Positions 1 to 8,790 of a stretch of DNA of 64,000 bases are shown piece by piece. The notes beneath the pieces were generated by a model that ran no database searches, had not been told where the DNA came from, and saw only the letters and a program-made list of their open reading frames with translations. Origin of the DNA: Myxococcota bacterium (GTDB lineage Bacteria; Myxococcota_A; UBA9160; UBA6930); contig OZ245002.1 of NCBI GenBank assembly GCA_965223415.1, positions 5,664,001 to 5,728,000 of the forward strand, given 5' to 3'. The position numbers and the translations under genes were made by a program. Positions within the stretch are counted from its first letter, which is position 1. The number at the start of each line of letters is the position of its first letter.

Positions 1-1
1 G

Positions 2-541
2 GGCGCTCCCTGTCTCGACCCGGCCCACCTGGTCTGCTCGCCGCCCGGGCTGGACGAGAGCCGCGAACGGAACCGGGACGGCCAGGGGAGCTGGATCGGC
101 GCCCTCCACGAGCTGCGCCTCGGCGAAGGCGCCACCGCGTGGGGCGGCTATCGCTACCAGCGCTACGCGGCGCGGGGAAGCGAGTACTCCTTCGACGCCC
201 ACGAGTGGGAGGTCGGCTTACGCGTGGCCCTGCCGGCCCGCTTCGACCTCGAGGCCAGCGGTCACTACGCCCGCCGCGCCTTCCGACACGAGAGCACCTT
301 CCCGGAGCCGGACGCGCTGATCGCCGGACGGGAGTACGGCCTGGACCGCGGCGCCCACCGGGAGCGGGAGGTGCGAACGCGCCTCGTGCTGGGCCGCGAC
401 CTCGGCCGGCGCCTGCGGGTCGAAGCACGTTGGATCCACGAGCGCGCGCGCTCGAACGTTTCCGTGTTCGACTATCGTCGCGACCAGTTCGGGGGCTTCG
501 TGATCCTCGCCCTGGGGCACGTCGCAGGAGACCCATCGTGA
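2..541 (+). CDS. C-terminal part of an outer-membrane beta-barrel protein, probably Slam/DUF560-like (5' end outside window)
   Basis: Frame is open from base 2 (GAPCLDPAHL...) into ORF 224..541. Alternating amphipathic beta-strands (WGGYRYQRY, WEVGLRVAL, LRVEARWIHE) and a terminal SNVSVFDYRRDQ motif. Confidence 0.55.
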   Translation, partial: GAPCLDPAHLVCSPPGLDESRERNRDGQGSWIGALHELRLGEGATAWGGYRYQRYAARGSEYSFDAHEWEVGLRVALPARFDLEASGHYARRAFRHESTFPEPDALIAGREYGLDRGAHREREVRTRLVLGRDLGRRLRVEARWIHERARSNVSVFDYRRDQFGGFVILALGHVAGDPS

Positions 542-1194
542 CTCGACGCATCCCCTGTCTCTGCGCGGCCACCGCCTTCACGCTCGGGTTGGCCGGGCCG
601 GCGGCGGCGGCGGAGATCGCACCGCCCGGCGCGTGTGCGGAGCCGGACCCCCCGGGGCTCGTCATCCGGCCGGAGGCCGAGGAGAGCGACGGAGATCCTG
701 CCGCCCGAGCGAGCAGGGGTGGGGACGAAGGCGGGCACATCGGAAGCTCGGGCGGCCAGGCCGGCGCCTCGCCGGGATCGGCCGCGACGCCGGGATCGGG
801 CAGCGGCCCGAAGGCCACGGCCGGGCCTCCCCCCGGCGGCAGCGGCCCACTCACGGCGACGGTCGTCGGGCCGGTCCGGCATCGCTTCGTTCCCACCGCC
901 GTCGGCGCGGGCCTTCCCCGGGTCGCGGTGACCCTCGGCCCGCCGACGAACCGCCGCACCCCGCACCCGGGGGCCTGCGGGAGCGCGGGGCGCGTCTGCG
1001 TGGGCCGGATCCAGCCGGCCCCGCCGAGGGCGCCGCTCCCTCGCGTGATGAGCCGACGGCCGCGGCGACGCGTCGCCGTCGTGGATCCCGGGCCCGGAGG
1101 CGGTTGCGGCGGGCCCGGCTTCCCCTGCACGGGAGGCGGAGGGAGCACCCAGAGCGTGCCCGGCTCCCGCACCGGCAAGGGGCTCACCCGATGA
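538..1194 (+). CDS. Secreted Gly/Pro-rich hypothetical protein
   Basis: GTG at 538 overlaps the upstream TGA (GTGA) and its stop overlaps the next ATG (ATGA). Signal-peptide-like N-terminus MTRRIPCLCAATAFTLGLAGPAAAA; low-complexity G/P body with Cys pairs. Confidence 0.55.
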   Translation: MTRRIPCLCAATAFTLGLAGPAAAAEIAPPGACAEPDPPGLVIRPEAEESDGDPAARASRGGDEGGHIGSSGGQAGASPGSAATPGSGSGPKATAGPPPGGSGPLTATVVGPVRHRFVPTAVGAGLPRVAVTLGPPTNRRTPHPGACGSAGRVCVGRIQPAPPRAPLPRVMSRRPRRRVAVVDPGPGGGCGGPGFPCTGGGGSTQSVPGSRTGKGLTR

Positions 1195-1760
1195 ACGGGG
1201 ACGGATCGGACCGCCTGCTGCTGGAGCGCGTCGCGCGCCGGGACGAGGAGGCCTATCGGGACCTCTTCCAGCGCTACTACCCCCGGGTCTTCGCCTTCGT
1301 GAACCGGCGCCTCGGCAACCCGGACCTGGCCGAGGAGGCCGTCTCGGACGTGTTCTTCGAGGTGTGGCGCGGCGCGGCCACCTTCCAGGGTCGCTCGCGA
1401 GTCTCCACCTGGATCCTCGGCATCGCCACCTTCAAGTGCCGGGAGGCCATCCGCGCCAAGGGGCGACTGAAGCGCTCGTCGGTCGTGGCCACCCCGATGG
1501 AGAGCCTGGCCGCCGTCGCCGACGGGGCGGACCTCGAGAGCCGCGTGTTGGCTCGGGACGAGCTGCGCTGGGCCAAGCATCGCATCGACGAGCTGCCGGA
1601 AGAGCAGCGCAAGGTCGTCGAGCTGTCCATCGTCGACGGCCGGAGCACGGAAGACATCGCCCGGCGCCTGCGGGTCTCGAGCGGCACCGTGAAGTCGCGC
1701 CTGTCCCGGGCGCGGCGACAGCTGCGCTCCAGCCCGCGTTCCCATGGAAAGGAGTCCTGA
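1191..1760 (+). CDS. ECF (sigma-70 family) RNA polymerase sigma factor
   Basis: MNGDGSDRLLLERVARRDEEAYRDLF; region 2 AEEAVSDVFFEVW/VSTWILGIA; region 4 HTH TEDIARRLRVSSGTVKSRLSRAR. Confidence 0.93.
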   Translation: MNGDGSDRLLLERVARRDEEAYRDLFQRYYPRVFAFVNRRLGNPDLAEEAVSDVFFEVWRGAATFQGRSRVSTWILGIATFKCREAIRAKGRLKRSSVVATPMESLAAVADGADLESRVLARDELRWAKHRIDELPEEQRKVVELSIVDGRSTEDIARRLRVSSGTVKSRLSRARRQLRSSPRSHGKES

Positions 1761-1762
1761 GC

Positions 1763-2386
1763 ATGGCCACCCTTCGTGCCGCCACATGCCCGGAAGAGGT
1801 CCTCGACTGGATCGCCTGGTACGCCGAGCCCGAGCTGCCGAGCGAGGTGCGCAGCGCCATCGATCGCCACGCCGCCGAGTGCCTGGCCTGCCGCGAGGAG
1901 CTCGGCTGGATCCAGACCGAGGTCAGCGAACACGGGGACAACGGCCCGCGCGGCGAGCGCGTCGTCGCCCAGCTGATGGCGCGGATCCGGCAGCCGGAGA
2001 CCCTGCAGGCGCCGGCCACGACACGGCATCGCCCGCGCGGACAGGCGACGCCGTGGCTCGCCGCGGCCGCCGCCGCGCTGATCCTGCTGGGCGGCGCCTG
2101 GCTGGGTACCCGTCTCGCCGTGCCGCAGCCGTTGCACACCGCGACCGCCGGCGCCCCGCCCGTGGCCGCCGGGCCGGCGCTCGAGGTCCTCTTCCGGGAC
2201 GATGCCTCCTGGGCGGCGATCCGCAGCACGCTGGAGCGCGCGGACGCTCGCCTGGCATCGGGCACGGCGCAGGCACCCAGCGGACGCCTTCGGCTGGTGC
2301 TCCCGCCGAGCACGGATCCCGCGGCAGCCCTCGGCGTGCTCCGCGAGAGCGGCCTCACCTTGTTCGCCGAGCGCGCAGTCCGCTAG
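1763..2386 (+). CDS. Zinc-finger (ZAS, HxxxCxxC) transmembrane anti-sigma factor
   Basis: HAAECLAC motif, one TM helix (WLAAAAAALILLGGAWLG) and a C-terminal extracytoplasmic domain; directly follows the ECF sigma. Confidence 0.85.
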   Translation: MATLRAATCPEEVLDWIAWYAEPELPSEVRSAIDRHAAECLACREELGWIQTEVSEHGDNGPRGERVVAQLMARIRQPETLQAPATTRHRPRGQATPWLAAAAAALILLGGAWLGTRLAVPQPLHTATAGAPPVAAGPALEVLFRDDASWAAIRSTLERADARLASGTAQAPSGRLRLVLPPSTDPAAALGVLRESGLTLFAERAVR

Positions 2387-2396
2387 CGAATTCCCG

Positions 2397-3686
2397 ATGC
2401 GCCTCCTCCTCACGCTGCCTCTGGCCCTGGGCCTGCTGCTCGCGCCGAGCCGTGCTCCCGGGGCGAGCGACGAGGCGGAGTGCGCGCCCCTTCCCGAGGC
2501 CGCGCCGCGCGTGAGCGCGGCACTCGAAGCGCCGGCCGGGCCCCCCGGCGCCAGCGCGCTGTGGGTGCTGCCGAAGGTCGCGCTCGAGGCCCTCGACGAG
2601 CCGGACGCGCCGCTCGCGGCGGGCGTCGTGATCGAGGACTCGTACTGGAGCCCGATCCTGTGTGCCTCGGTCGTCCGGCTTCGCGGCCCCGCCGGCGCGT
2701 CGCCCGGCTCTCTCCTGGCGACGGTTCCGAAGGGCTCGATGCTCGTGCCGGACGACACCTATTTCACGAGCGCGGCGAGCAACGAGGGCTCGGTCACGAG
2801 CGCTCCGCCCGGCGAGGCGTCGGTGGAAGACGCGATGTCGGGCCCGGACCCGTATCGCCCGCTCCAGTTCGCCCTGGACGAGCTGGGTGTGGACGCGGCC
2901 CGGGCCGTCTCGTCCGGAGCGGGCACGCGGATCGCGTTGCTCGATTCGGAGCCCGAGGTCGGCCACCGGGACCTCCGGCGCGTGGCGATCCCGGCGCGCA
3001 GCGTCCCTCCCGGGGTCGCCCATCACGGCACGATGGTCGCCGGCATCCTCGCTGCGGAGGCGGACAACCGCTTCGGCATCGCCGGCGTGGCGCCGGAGGC
3101 CGAGCTCCTCGCGATCCCCGTCTGCGTCCCCGGCTCGCCGGAGCGCGGCGACGCGTGCGCCCTGTTCGACGTGCTCCGGGGGCTCGACGCGGCATGGGAG
3201 CAGCGCGCCCACGTGATCAACCTCTCGCTGGCCGGCCCCTCGAACCCGCTCCTCCAGGGCGCCGCCGACCGGCTCGACGGCTTCGGCGTCACCCTCGTGG
3301 CGGCGGCCGGCAACGACGGAACGACCGATCCCCTCTACCCGGCGGCCTATCCCAGCGTCATCGGCGTGGGAGCGTCGGGGCGCGGCGGAACGGCCTACGC
3401 CCAGGGCAACCGCGGGCCGGGCCTCGAACTCGTGGCGCCGGGAGCGGACATCGTCTCCACCGCGAAGGGCGGCGGGTTCGCCTTCGCCGACGGCACCAGT
3501 CTGGCGACGGCCCACGTCTCCGGCGTGCTGGCGCTCCTCGCCTCGGCCGCCGGCGATCTCACCCTCGCACGCCAGACCCTGCTGCTCGAGGCGCGACGCC
3601 ATCCCCGCGCCGACGGTCGGGTCGGCGTCCTGCCGCGGGTGTGCCACCTGCTCGAGCAGCTCGACCGCCCCTGCCCCGAGCCCTGA
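2397..3686 (+). CDS. Secreted S8 (subtilisin-like) serine peptidase
   Basis: Signal peptide MRLLLTLPLALGLLLA; catalytic motifs IALLDS, HHGTMVAG, GTSLATAHVSG; oxyanion AAAGN. Confidence 0.92.
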   Translation: MRLLLTLPLALGLLLAPSRAPGASDEAECAPLPEAAPRVSAALEAPAGPPGASALWVLPKVALEALDEPDAPLAAGVVIEDSYWSPILCASVVRLRGPAGASPGSLLATVPKGSMLVPDDTYFTSAASNEGSVTSAPPGEASVEDAMSGPDPYRPLQFALDELGVDAARAVSSGAGTRIALLDSEPEVGHRDLRRVAIPARSVPPGVAHHGTMVAGILAAEADNRFGIAGVAPEAELLAIPVCVPGSPERGDACALFDVLRGLDAAWEQRAHVINLSLAGPSNPLLQGAADRLDGFGVTLVAAAGNDGTTDPLYPAAYPSVIGVGASGRGGTAYAQGNRGPGLELVAPGADIVSTAKGGGFAFADGTSLATAHVSGVLALLASAAGDLTLARQTLLLEARRHPRADGRVGVLPRVCHLLEQLDRPCPEP

Positions 3687-3791
3687 CCCGGGGCACGATC
3701 CTGCCATCGGCCTGCCTCCACCTCGTCACGGAGGCGCCTGACCGACGCCCGACCCGTCGGCTCTCCTTGGAGCACTCCCAGGAGAGAGCCC

Positions 3792-6182
3792 ATGCACGTC
3801 CCTCGCCGATCGCCGCCCTCCCCCTGGCTGACGGGCCTCTGCGTCGCCGTGGGCGTCGCCCTTCCCGTCGCCGCGATCGCGGTCGAGCTGGCCGCGCACC
3901 TGGGCTTCCTCGTGTTCATCGACCCGCTGCCGAGCCTCGGACACGTCGCCCTGGCCGGCGCCGTCCCGGCGGCCGTGGCGGCCGGGCTGCTCGGCCTGCA
4001 CGGCCGCGCGATCGTCGGCGGGCGTGCGGCGGAGCGTGCCCTGGCCTTCGGCTTCGGGGCCGGTGCGGCGTTCTGCGTCGTCCTCTGGCCGCTGGTCCTG
4101 GCCGGCGCGATCGGGGCAATCGCCGGGTGGGCGGCGGGCTGGAGCGAGCCCGACGTGCAGGCGCCGTGGGTGCTGGGCCTGGCGTGGCTCGCCCTCGCCC
4201 CCGCCACCGGCGCGTTCGCCGCCGCGCTGACGCGCTTCCGGGTGAGGCGGCGGGCACCGGGGACGCGCTTCGACCTGGGCTGGGCCGTGCTGGGGATGAT
4301 CGCTCTCGGTTTCCTCGAACTCCCCCTCCAGCGCGACCTCCAGAACGCGCCGACCCTGGAGTGGACCCGGGGACTCGTCAGCGAGGGCCAGCACCTGCGC
4401 GCCCACGACCTTCCCCCGCGCCAGCTCGGCACCGCGCTGATCCTCGGCGGCGGCCCGCTGGCCCGCAGGCCGGAGCGGCTGCGCACCCTCGAGCTGTTCC
4501 GGGCGACCGGGCGGCTGCGGGGCGAGCTGGGCGCCCTGCGGCTGCCCGGCGCCGACGCGCCGAACGCCGACCGCCTGCGTTCCCTCGGCCTCGAGCCCTG
4601 GGGCGATCGTCTGCGCGGCGGCTTCCAGGTCGGCTGGCTCGAGCGCGGCCTCGCCCTCGAGCGCTCCTCGCTCGCGATCGACGTGCACGGGGGCCGCGCC
4701 TTCGGCTACGCGGAGTGGACCTGGACCCTCGCGAACCGGGCCGGGAGCCCGCTCGAAGCCCGCGCGGTCGTGGAGCTGCCGGCCGGCGGCGTGGTCTCCC
4801 GCGCCACCCTGTGGGTCGCCGGCGTGCCGCGAGAAGCCTCCTTCGGCGGGCGCGAGCGCGTGACCGAGGCCTACCAGAACGTAGTGGCGACGCGCCGGGA
4901 TCCGCTGCTCGTCACGGCCCACGGCGACGACGCGGTGTTCGTGAACGCCTTTCCCGTTCCCGCCGAAGGCGAGATGACCCTACGCTTCGGCATCACCTTC
5001 CCCTTGGCCGTGGCCGAGCCCGGCCACGCGGCGGGCTTCCTGCCCCGGCTGGGAGAGCGGAACTTCGGCGTCCCCCCGGCCGGTCACGGGGTGCGCCTTC
5101 GCTCCCTGGACGGAAGCCGCCTCCGGCTGCAGGCCCGGGAAGGAAGCCCGCCCGTGCCCTCCCCGGACACCGGGTGGACGATCGGCGACCGGGTCCTCGC
5201 CCGCGGGGTGGTGCTCGACGCGACCGGCGGCTCCTCGTCCGCCGGCCCGCTCCGGGACCTGCGGAGCGCGGGAGCGCCCGGTCTCCGCCAGAGCGTCGAT
5301 GCCGTCCCGATGCCGGCGGACGAGAAGGGGAAGCCGGGCTGGATCGTCGTCCTGGACGGCTCCAAGGCCTTGGACCCGCACCGGGCGACCCTTGCGACAT
5401 GGCTCGAAGGGCAGGCCGCAAGTGATCGGATGCAGGTGATTCTCTCCGGCGATACCGTGCTGACCGGATCGTCCGAGGAAATCGCACGGCAGCTGCGCTC
5501 GCATCGGCTTCGCGGCGGCCACGACCCGCTCCCGGCCCTGGCCCGCGCGGCCGCAGGCGCCGAGGGCCGGCCGGTCCTGTGGATCCACGGGCCGCAGCCG
5601 CGGCGCGGCGGGGTGCCGGACGGCCCGGTCCCGCTGTGGCTCACGCTGCCGCTGGGCCCCGGCCCGGATCCGCTCCCGGACCTCCCGCGGGCGAACCGGA
5701 CCGTCGTCCCCTGGACCGGCGACCTCGCCGCGGACCTCGCTCGCCTGGATGCGCAGCGGCGACGCGGCGTGGCCGGCTGGGTCGCGCGGGTGACGCGGGC
5801 CCCCGAGCCCAGCGGAACCGGGCGCGAGCCCGAGGCGATCCATCTCGCGCGCCTGCTCGCACGCCGGGAGGCGCTGGACGCCGGTGCCGCCGGACGGCGC
5901 GCCGAGGCCCTCGCCCTCGGCACGCGCTACGAGCTGGTCTCGCCCTGGACCGGCGCAGTGGTACTGGAACGGGATGCGGAGTACGCGCGAGCGGGCCTCG
6001 CGCCGCCCGCCCGGGATCCGGACGATCCGGGCGCCGACGACGTCGTCACGCGTGCAGCCGCTGGCGAGAACGTGGTGCCCCGGGGTCCGGCGACACCGGT
6101 GCCGGAGCCCGGCGCCGCCCTGCTCTTCGGCGTCGCTGCCCTCGCGCTCCGCTGGCTCGGACGACGCGGACGCCTGGGGTAG
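3792..6182 (+). CDS. Polytopic membrane protein with a VIT-like domain and a C-terminal PEP-CTERM sorting signal
   Basis: About 5 N-terminal TM segments; VIT-like EARAVVELPAGGVVSRATLWVAG...AYQNVVATRRDPLLV; ends VPEPGAALLFGVAALALRWLGRRGRLG. Confidence 0.75.
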   Translation: MHVPRRSPPSPWLTGLCVAVGVALPVAAIAVELAAHLGFLVFIDPLPSLGHVALAGAVPAAVAAGLLGLHGRAIVGGRAAERALAFGFGAGAAFCVVLWPLVLAGAIGAIAGWAAGWSEPDVQAPWVLGLAWLALAPATGAFAAALTRFRVRRRAPGTRFDLGWAVLGMIALGFLELPLQRDLQNAPTLEWTRGLVSEGQHLRAHDLPPRQLGTALILGGGPLARRPERLRTLELFRATGRLRGELGALRLPGADAPNADRLRSLGLEPWGDRLRGGFQVGWLERGLALERSSLAIDVHGGRAFGYAEWTWTLANRAGSPLEARAVVELPAGGVVSRATLWVAGVPREASFGGRERVTEAYQNVVATRRDPLLVTAHGDDAVFVNAFPVPAEGEMTLRFGITFPLAVAEPGHAAGFLPRLGERNFGVPPAGHGVRLRSLDGSRLRLQAREGSPPVPSPDTGWTIGDRVLARGVVLDATGGSSSAGPLRDLRSAGAPGLRQSVDAVPMPADEKGKPGWIVVLDGSKALDPHRATLATWLEGQAASDRMQVILSGDTVLTGSSEEIARQLRSHRLRGGHDPLPALARAAAGAEGRPVLWIHGPQPRRGGVPDGPVPLWLTLPLGPGPDPLPDLPRANRTVVPWTGDLAADLARLDAQRRRGVAGWVARVTRAPEPSGTGREPEAIHLARLLARREALDAGAAGRRAEALALGTRYELVSPWTGAVVLERDAEYARAGLAPPARDPDDPGADDVVTRAAAGENVVPRGPATPVPEPGAALLFGVAALALRWLGRRGRLG

Positions 6183-6206
6183 ACTGCGCGGCCCGAAGGA
6201 GGACCC

Positions 6207-6617
6207 ATGGGCCAGGCCAGCGTCACCCGCACTGTCGACGTCCCCGCGGACGCCCTCTGGAAACTGATCGAGGACTTCGGCGACACGAGCTGGATGCCCG
6301 CGGGAACACCCTCCGAGGTGGTCGGTGAGGGGCCGGGCATGGCGCGACTGATCGGCCCGCCGGACCAGGCGATCCGCGAGCAGCTGGAGAGTGTCGACCC
6401 GGCGAGCCGCACCCTCGTCTACACGATCCCCGAGAACGTCCCCTTCCCGGTATCGGGCTACCGCTCGACCCTGCAGGTGCGCGAGGCGGGGACCGGCAGC
6501 GAGCTCACCTGGAGCTGCGAGTTCCAGCCCGACGGCTCCGAGGACGAAGCCCGCGCCGCCATCGAGCAGATGTACGGCGTGATGATCGGCTGGATCGCGG
6601 AGCGGGCCTCGAGCTAG
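6207..6617 (+). CDS. SRPBCC (polyketide cyclase/MxaD-like) family protein
   Basis: VTRTVDVPADALWKLIEDFG...RTLVYTI...SELTWSCEF pattern; AAGGAGG RBS upstream. Confidence 0.85.
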   Translation: MGQASVTRTVDVPADALWKLIEDFGDTSWMPAGTPSEVVGEGPGMARLIGPPDQAIREQLESVDPASRTLVYTIPENVPFPVSGYRSTLQVREAGTGSELTWSCEFQPDGSEDEARAAIEQMYGVMIGWIAERASS

Positions 6618-6636
6618 GCGCCTCCCGGGGCGCCCC

Positions 6637-8769
6637 TCAGAGCTCCGGCGCTGGAGCCACGTTCACCGGGATGGCGCTCTGCCGCGCCATTCCGCTGATC
6701 GGATCGAAGTCGACCTCGTTGCTCACGAGCGCGTTGGTGCTGCTGCCGATCTCCCGGACGTCCTTGCCCCGGGCGCCCGGGTCGCCCCAGGCGTGGGCCA
6801 TCGAGACGACGCCGCTCGGGACGTCCTCCGCCGGCTCCGCCACCCCCAGGATCGCGCCGTGGGCGGAGCGGATCTCGACCAAGGCGCCGGCCCCGACTCC
6901 GAGCTCGTCCAGGTCCAGCGGGTTCATGTAGGCCGGGTTGGTGGTCCCCCGCGCCCGGATGGCTTCGAGCTGCCGGCCGGAGGAGTTGTAGACATGACCG
7001 AGACGCCGGCTGACCAGGCGATGGCTGAACCCGTCTCCGTCCACGCCGGCGAGGACCGTCTCGAGCTCGTCGAGCACGCCCTCCGGCGCCAGCGCGAAGC
7101 GGGCGTCCGCACCGGCGGCCGCAGGCGCCACGACCTCGGCGATGGGGTCGAACACGTGTCCGCCTTCCTGGGCGCGAACCTCCGCGAGCGGCACGCGCGA
7201 CCCGGCGGTCATCGCGTCGAGCACCGTGTCCTTGTCGAGGGGCCGGCCGAGGTCGAGGGCGCCTCCGGCGAGCTCGATGGGGGTCCCGCGCCGGCGTGCC
7301 AGCTCGGTGTAGAGCTCCCACTCCTCGATCGTGTCGTCCGGCGGGGTGGCGACCGCCGGCGTGTAGTGGGCGTAGGGCGTCTCGTACCAGGTGTCCGTGA
7401 GCCAGGTGATGTCCGGCCGCTCCAGGCACAGGCGCGGCGCCAGCACGTAGTCGGCCCGGCGCGCGGTGGCCGAGAGCCAGGCGTCCACGCACACGAGGAG
7501 CTCGAGCTCGTCCAGCGCGCGCAGGGTCTTCGCCTGGTCCGGGAAGGCCACGACCGGGTTGCCGCCGATGCACAGCAACGCGCGCACCTGCCCTTCGCCA
7601 GGCTCGAGGATCTCGTCGGCCAGGGCCGCGGTGGGCATCTCGCCGACGACCTGCCCGAGCCCGCGCACCCGCGAGCGGGGACCGTGGCCGAAGGCGGGGC
7701 GCGGTGCGACCACCTGGGCGCGGCGCGTGTAGGGCCCGGTGAGCACGCCCGGGTTGGACACGGGCTCGCCTTCCCGGTTCACCCGGCCGCACACGACGTT
7801 CAGGGCGATGACGAGGTGCTCGGTCAGGTTCGGGCGCGGCGACATGTCCGGGCCGGTGCCGGTGGTGGCGATGCCGCGGGGCCCGGCGGCGAACAGGCGT
7901 GCGGCCTCGGCGATGCGCTCCGCCGGAACGCCGGTGCGTGCGGAGGTCGTCTCCAGGTCGAAGGGGGCCACGGCCCGGCGAAGCTCCACGAGCCCGTCGA
8001 CGTGGGCGGCGCAGAAGTCGGCGTCGTTTCGCCCCTCGGCCAGGATGAGGCGGATCATGCCGGCCAGCAGGGCCGGGTCTTCGCCGGGCCGAACGGCCAG
8101 GTGCAGGTCCGAGCGCCGGGCCACCTCGCTCCGGCGCGGGTCGACGCAGATCACCCGCAGTCCCCGGCGCCGGGCGTCGCGCAGGCGCTTGGCCGGATTG
8201 AACGGGGAGAGACCGCCCCAGGGCGCGTACTTGGAGACGAGGGTGTTGCAGCCGATCACCATCACCACGCCGGCGGCGGCAGCGGCGCTCTCGAAGCCGT
8301 GCATGCCCGCGCTCCAGAAGCCCGTGCGCGAGAGCGCCACGAACTTGCCGGGCTGGTCGATGGTGATGCTCGAGTAGAACGAGGGCGAGCCGGCGCCCCG
8401 GTGCCACGCCTGGGCCACGGCTAGGGCGGCAGCGTTCTGGAAGGCGTGGGTGCCGCAGTAGGTGGCCACGGCGCGGGGGCCGTGGGCCTCGACGATGGCA
8501 TCGACCCGGTCGGCGATCTCCCCCAGGGCGGCCCCCGTGGCGACGGGCTCGAGCTCGCCGTCCACGCCACGCCGGAGCGAGCGCCGCACCCGCTCCGGGT
8601 GGGCGAGCAGGGCCGGCAGCTGCCGGCCCTTGATGCAGGTGTAGCCGCCGTAGACCGGATCGGCGGCGTCCCCGCGCACGGCCGTGACCCGGCCGTCGTC
8701 CACGTCCACCTCGAGGGCGCAGTAGGCGTGGCAGACGCGGCAGTAGGATGTTCGGGTCCGGGTCGACAT
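6637..8769 (-). CDS. Molybdopterin-dependent oxidoreductase (DMSO reductase superfamily) with an N-terminal 4Fe-4S motif
   Basis: CRVCHAYC...YTCIKG; GGNPVVAFPD; C-terminal molybdopterin-dinucleotide domain (AYMNPLDLDELG, NALV). Confidence 0.9.
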   Translation of the reverse strand: MSTRTRTSYCRVCHAYCALEVDVDDGRVTAVRGDAADPVYGGYTCIKGRQLPALLAHPERVRRSLRRGVDGELEPVATGAALGEIADRVDAIVEAHGPRAVATYCGTHAFQNAAALAVAQAWHRGAGSPSFYSSITIDQPGKFVALSRTGFWSAGMHGFESAAAAAGVVMVIGCNTLVSKYAPWGGLSPFNPAKRLRDARRRGLRVICVDPRRSEVARRSDLHLAVRPGEDPALLAGMIRLILAEGRNDADFCAAHVDGLVELRRAVAPFDLETTSARTGVPAERIAEAARLFAAGPRGIATTGTGPDMSPRPNLTEHLVIALNVVCGRVNREGEPVSNPGVLTGPYTRRAQVVAPRPAFGHGPRSRVRGLGQVVGEMPTAALADEILEPGEGQVRALLCIGGNPVVAFPDQAKTLRALDELELLVCVDAWLSATARRADYVLAPRLCLERPDITWLTDTWYETPYAHYTPAVATPPDDTIEEWELYTELARRRGTPIELAGGALDLGRPLDKDTVLDAMTAGSRVPLAEVRAQEGGHVFDPIAEVVAPAAAGADARFALAPEGVLDELETVLAGVDGDGFSHRLVSRRLGHVYNSSGRQLEAIRARGTTNPAYMNPLDLDELGVGAGALVEIRSAHGAILGVAEPAEDVPSGVVSMAHAWGDPGARGKDVREIGSSTNALVSNEVDFDPISGMARQSAIPVNVAPAPEL

Positions 8770-8790
8770 GGGGCCTCCGCGGGCTCCATG

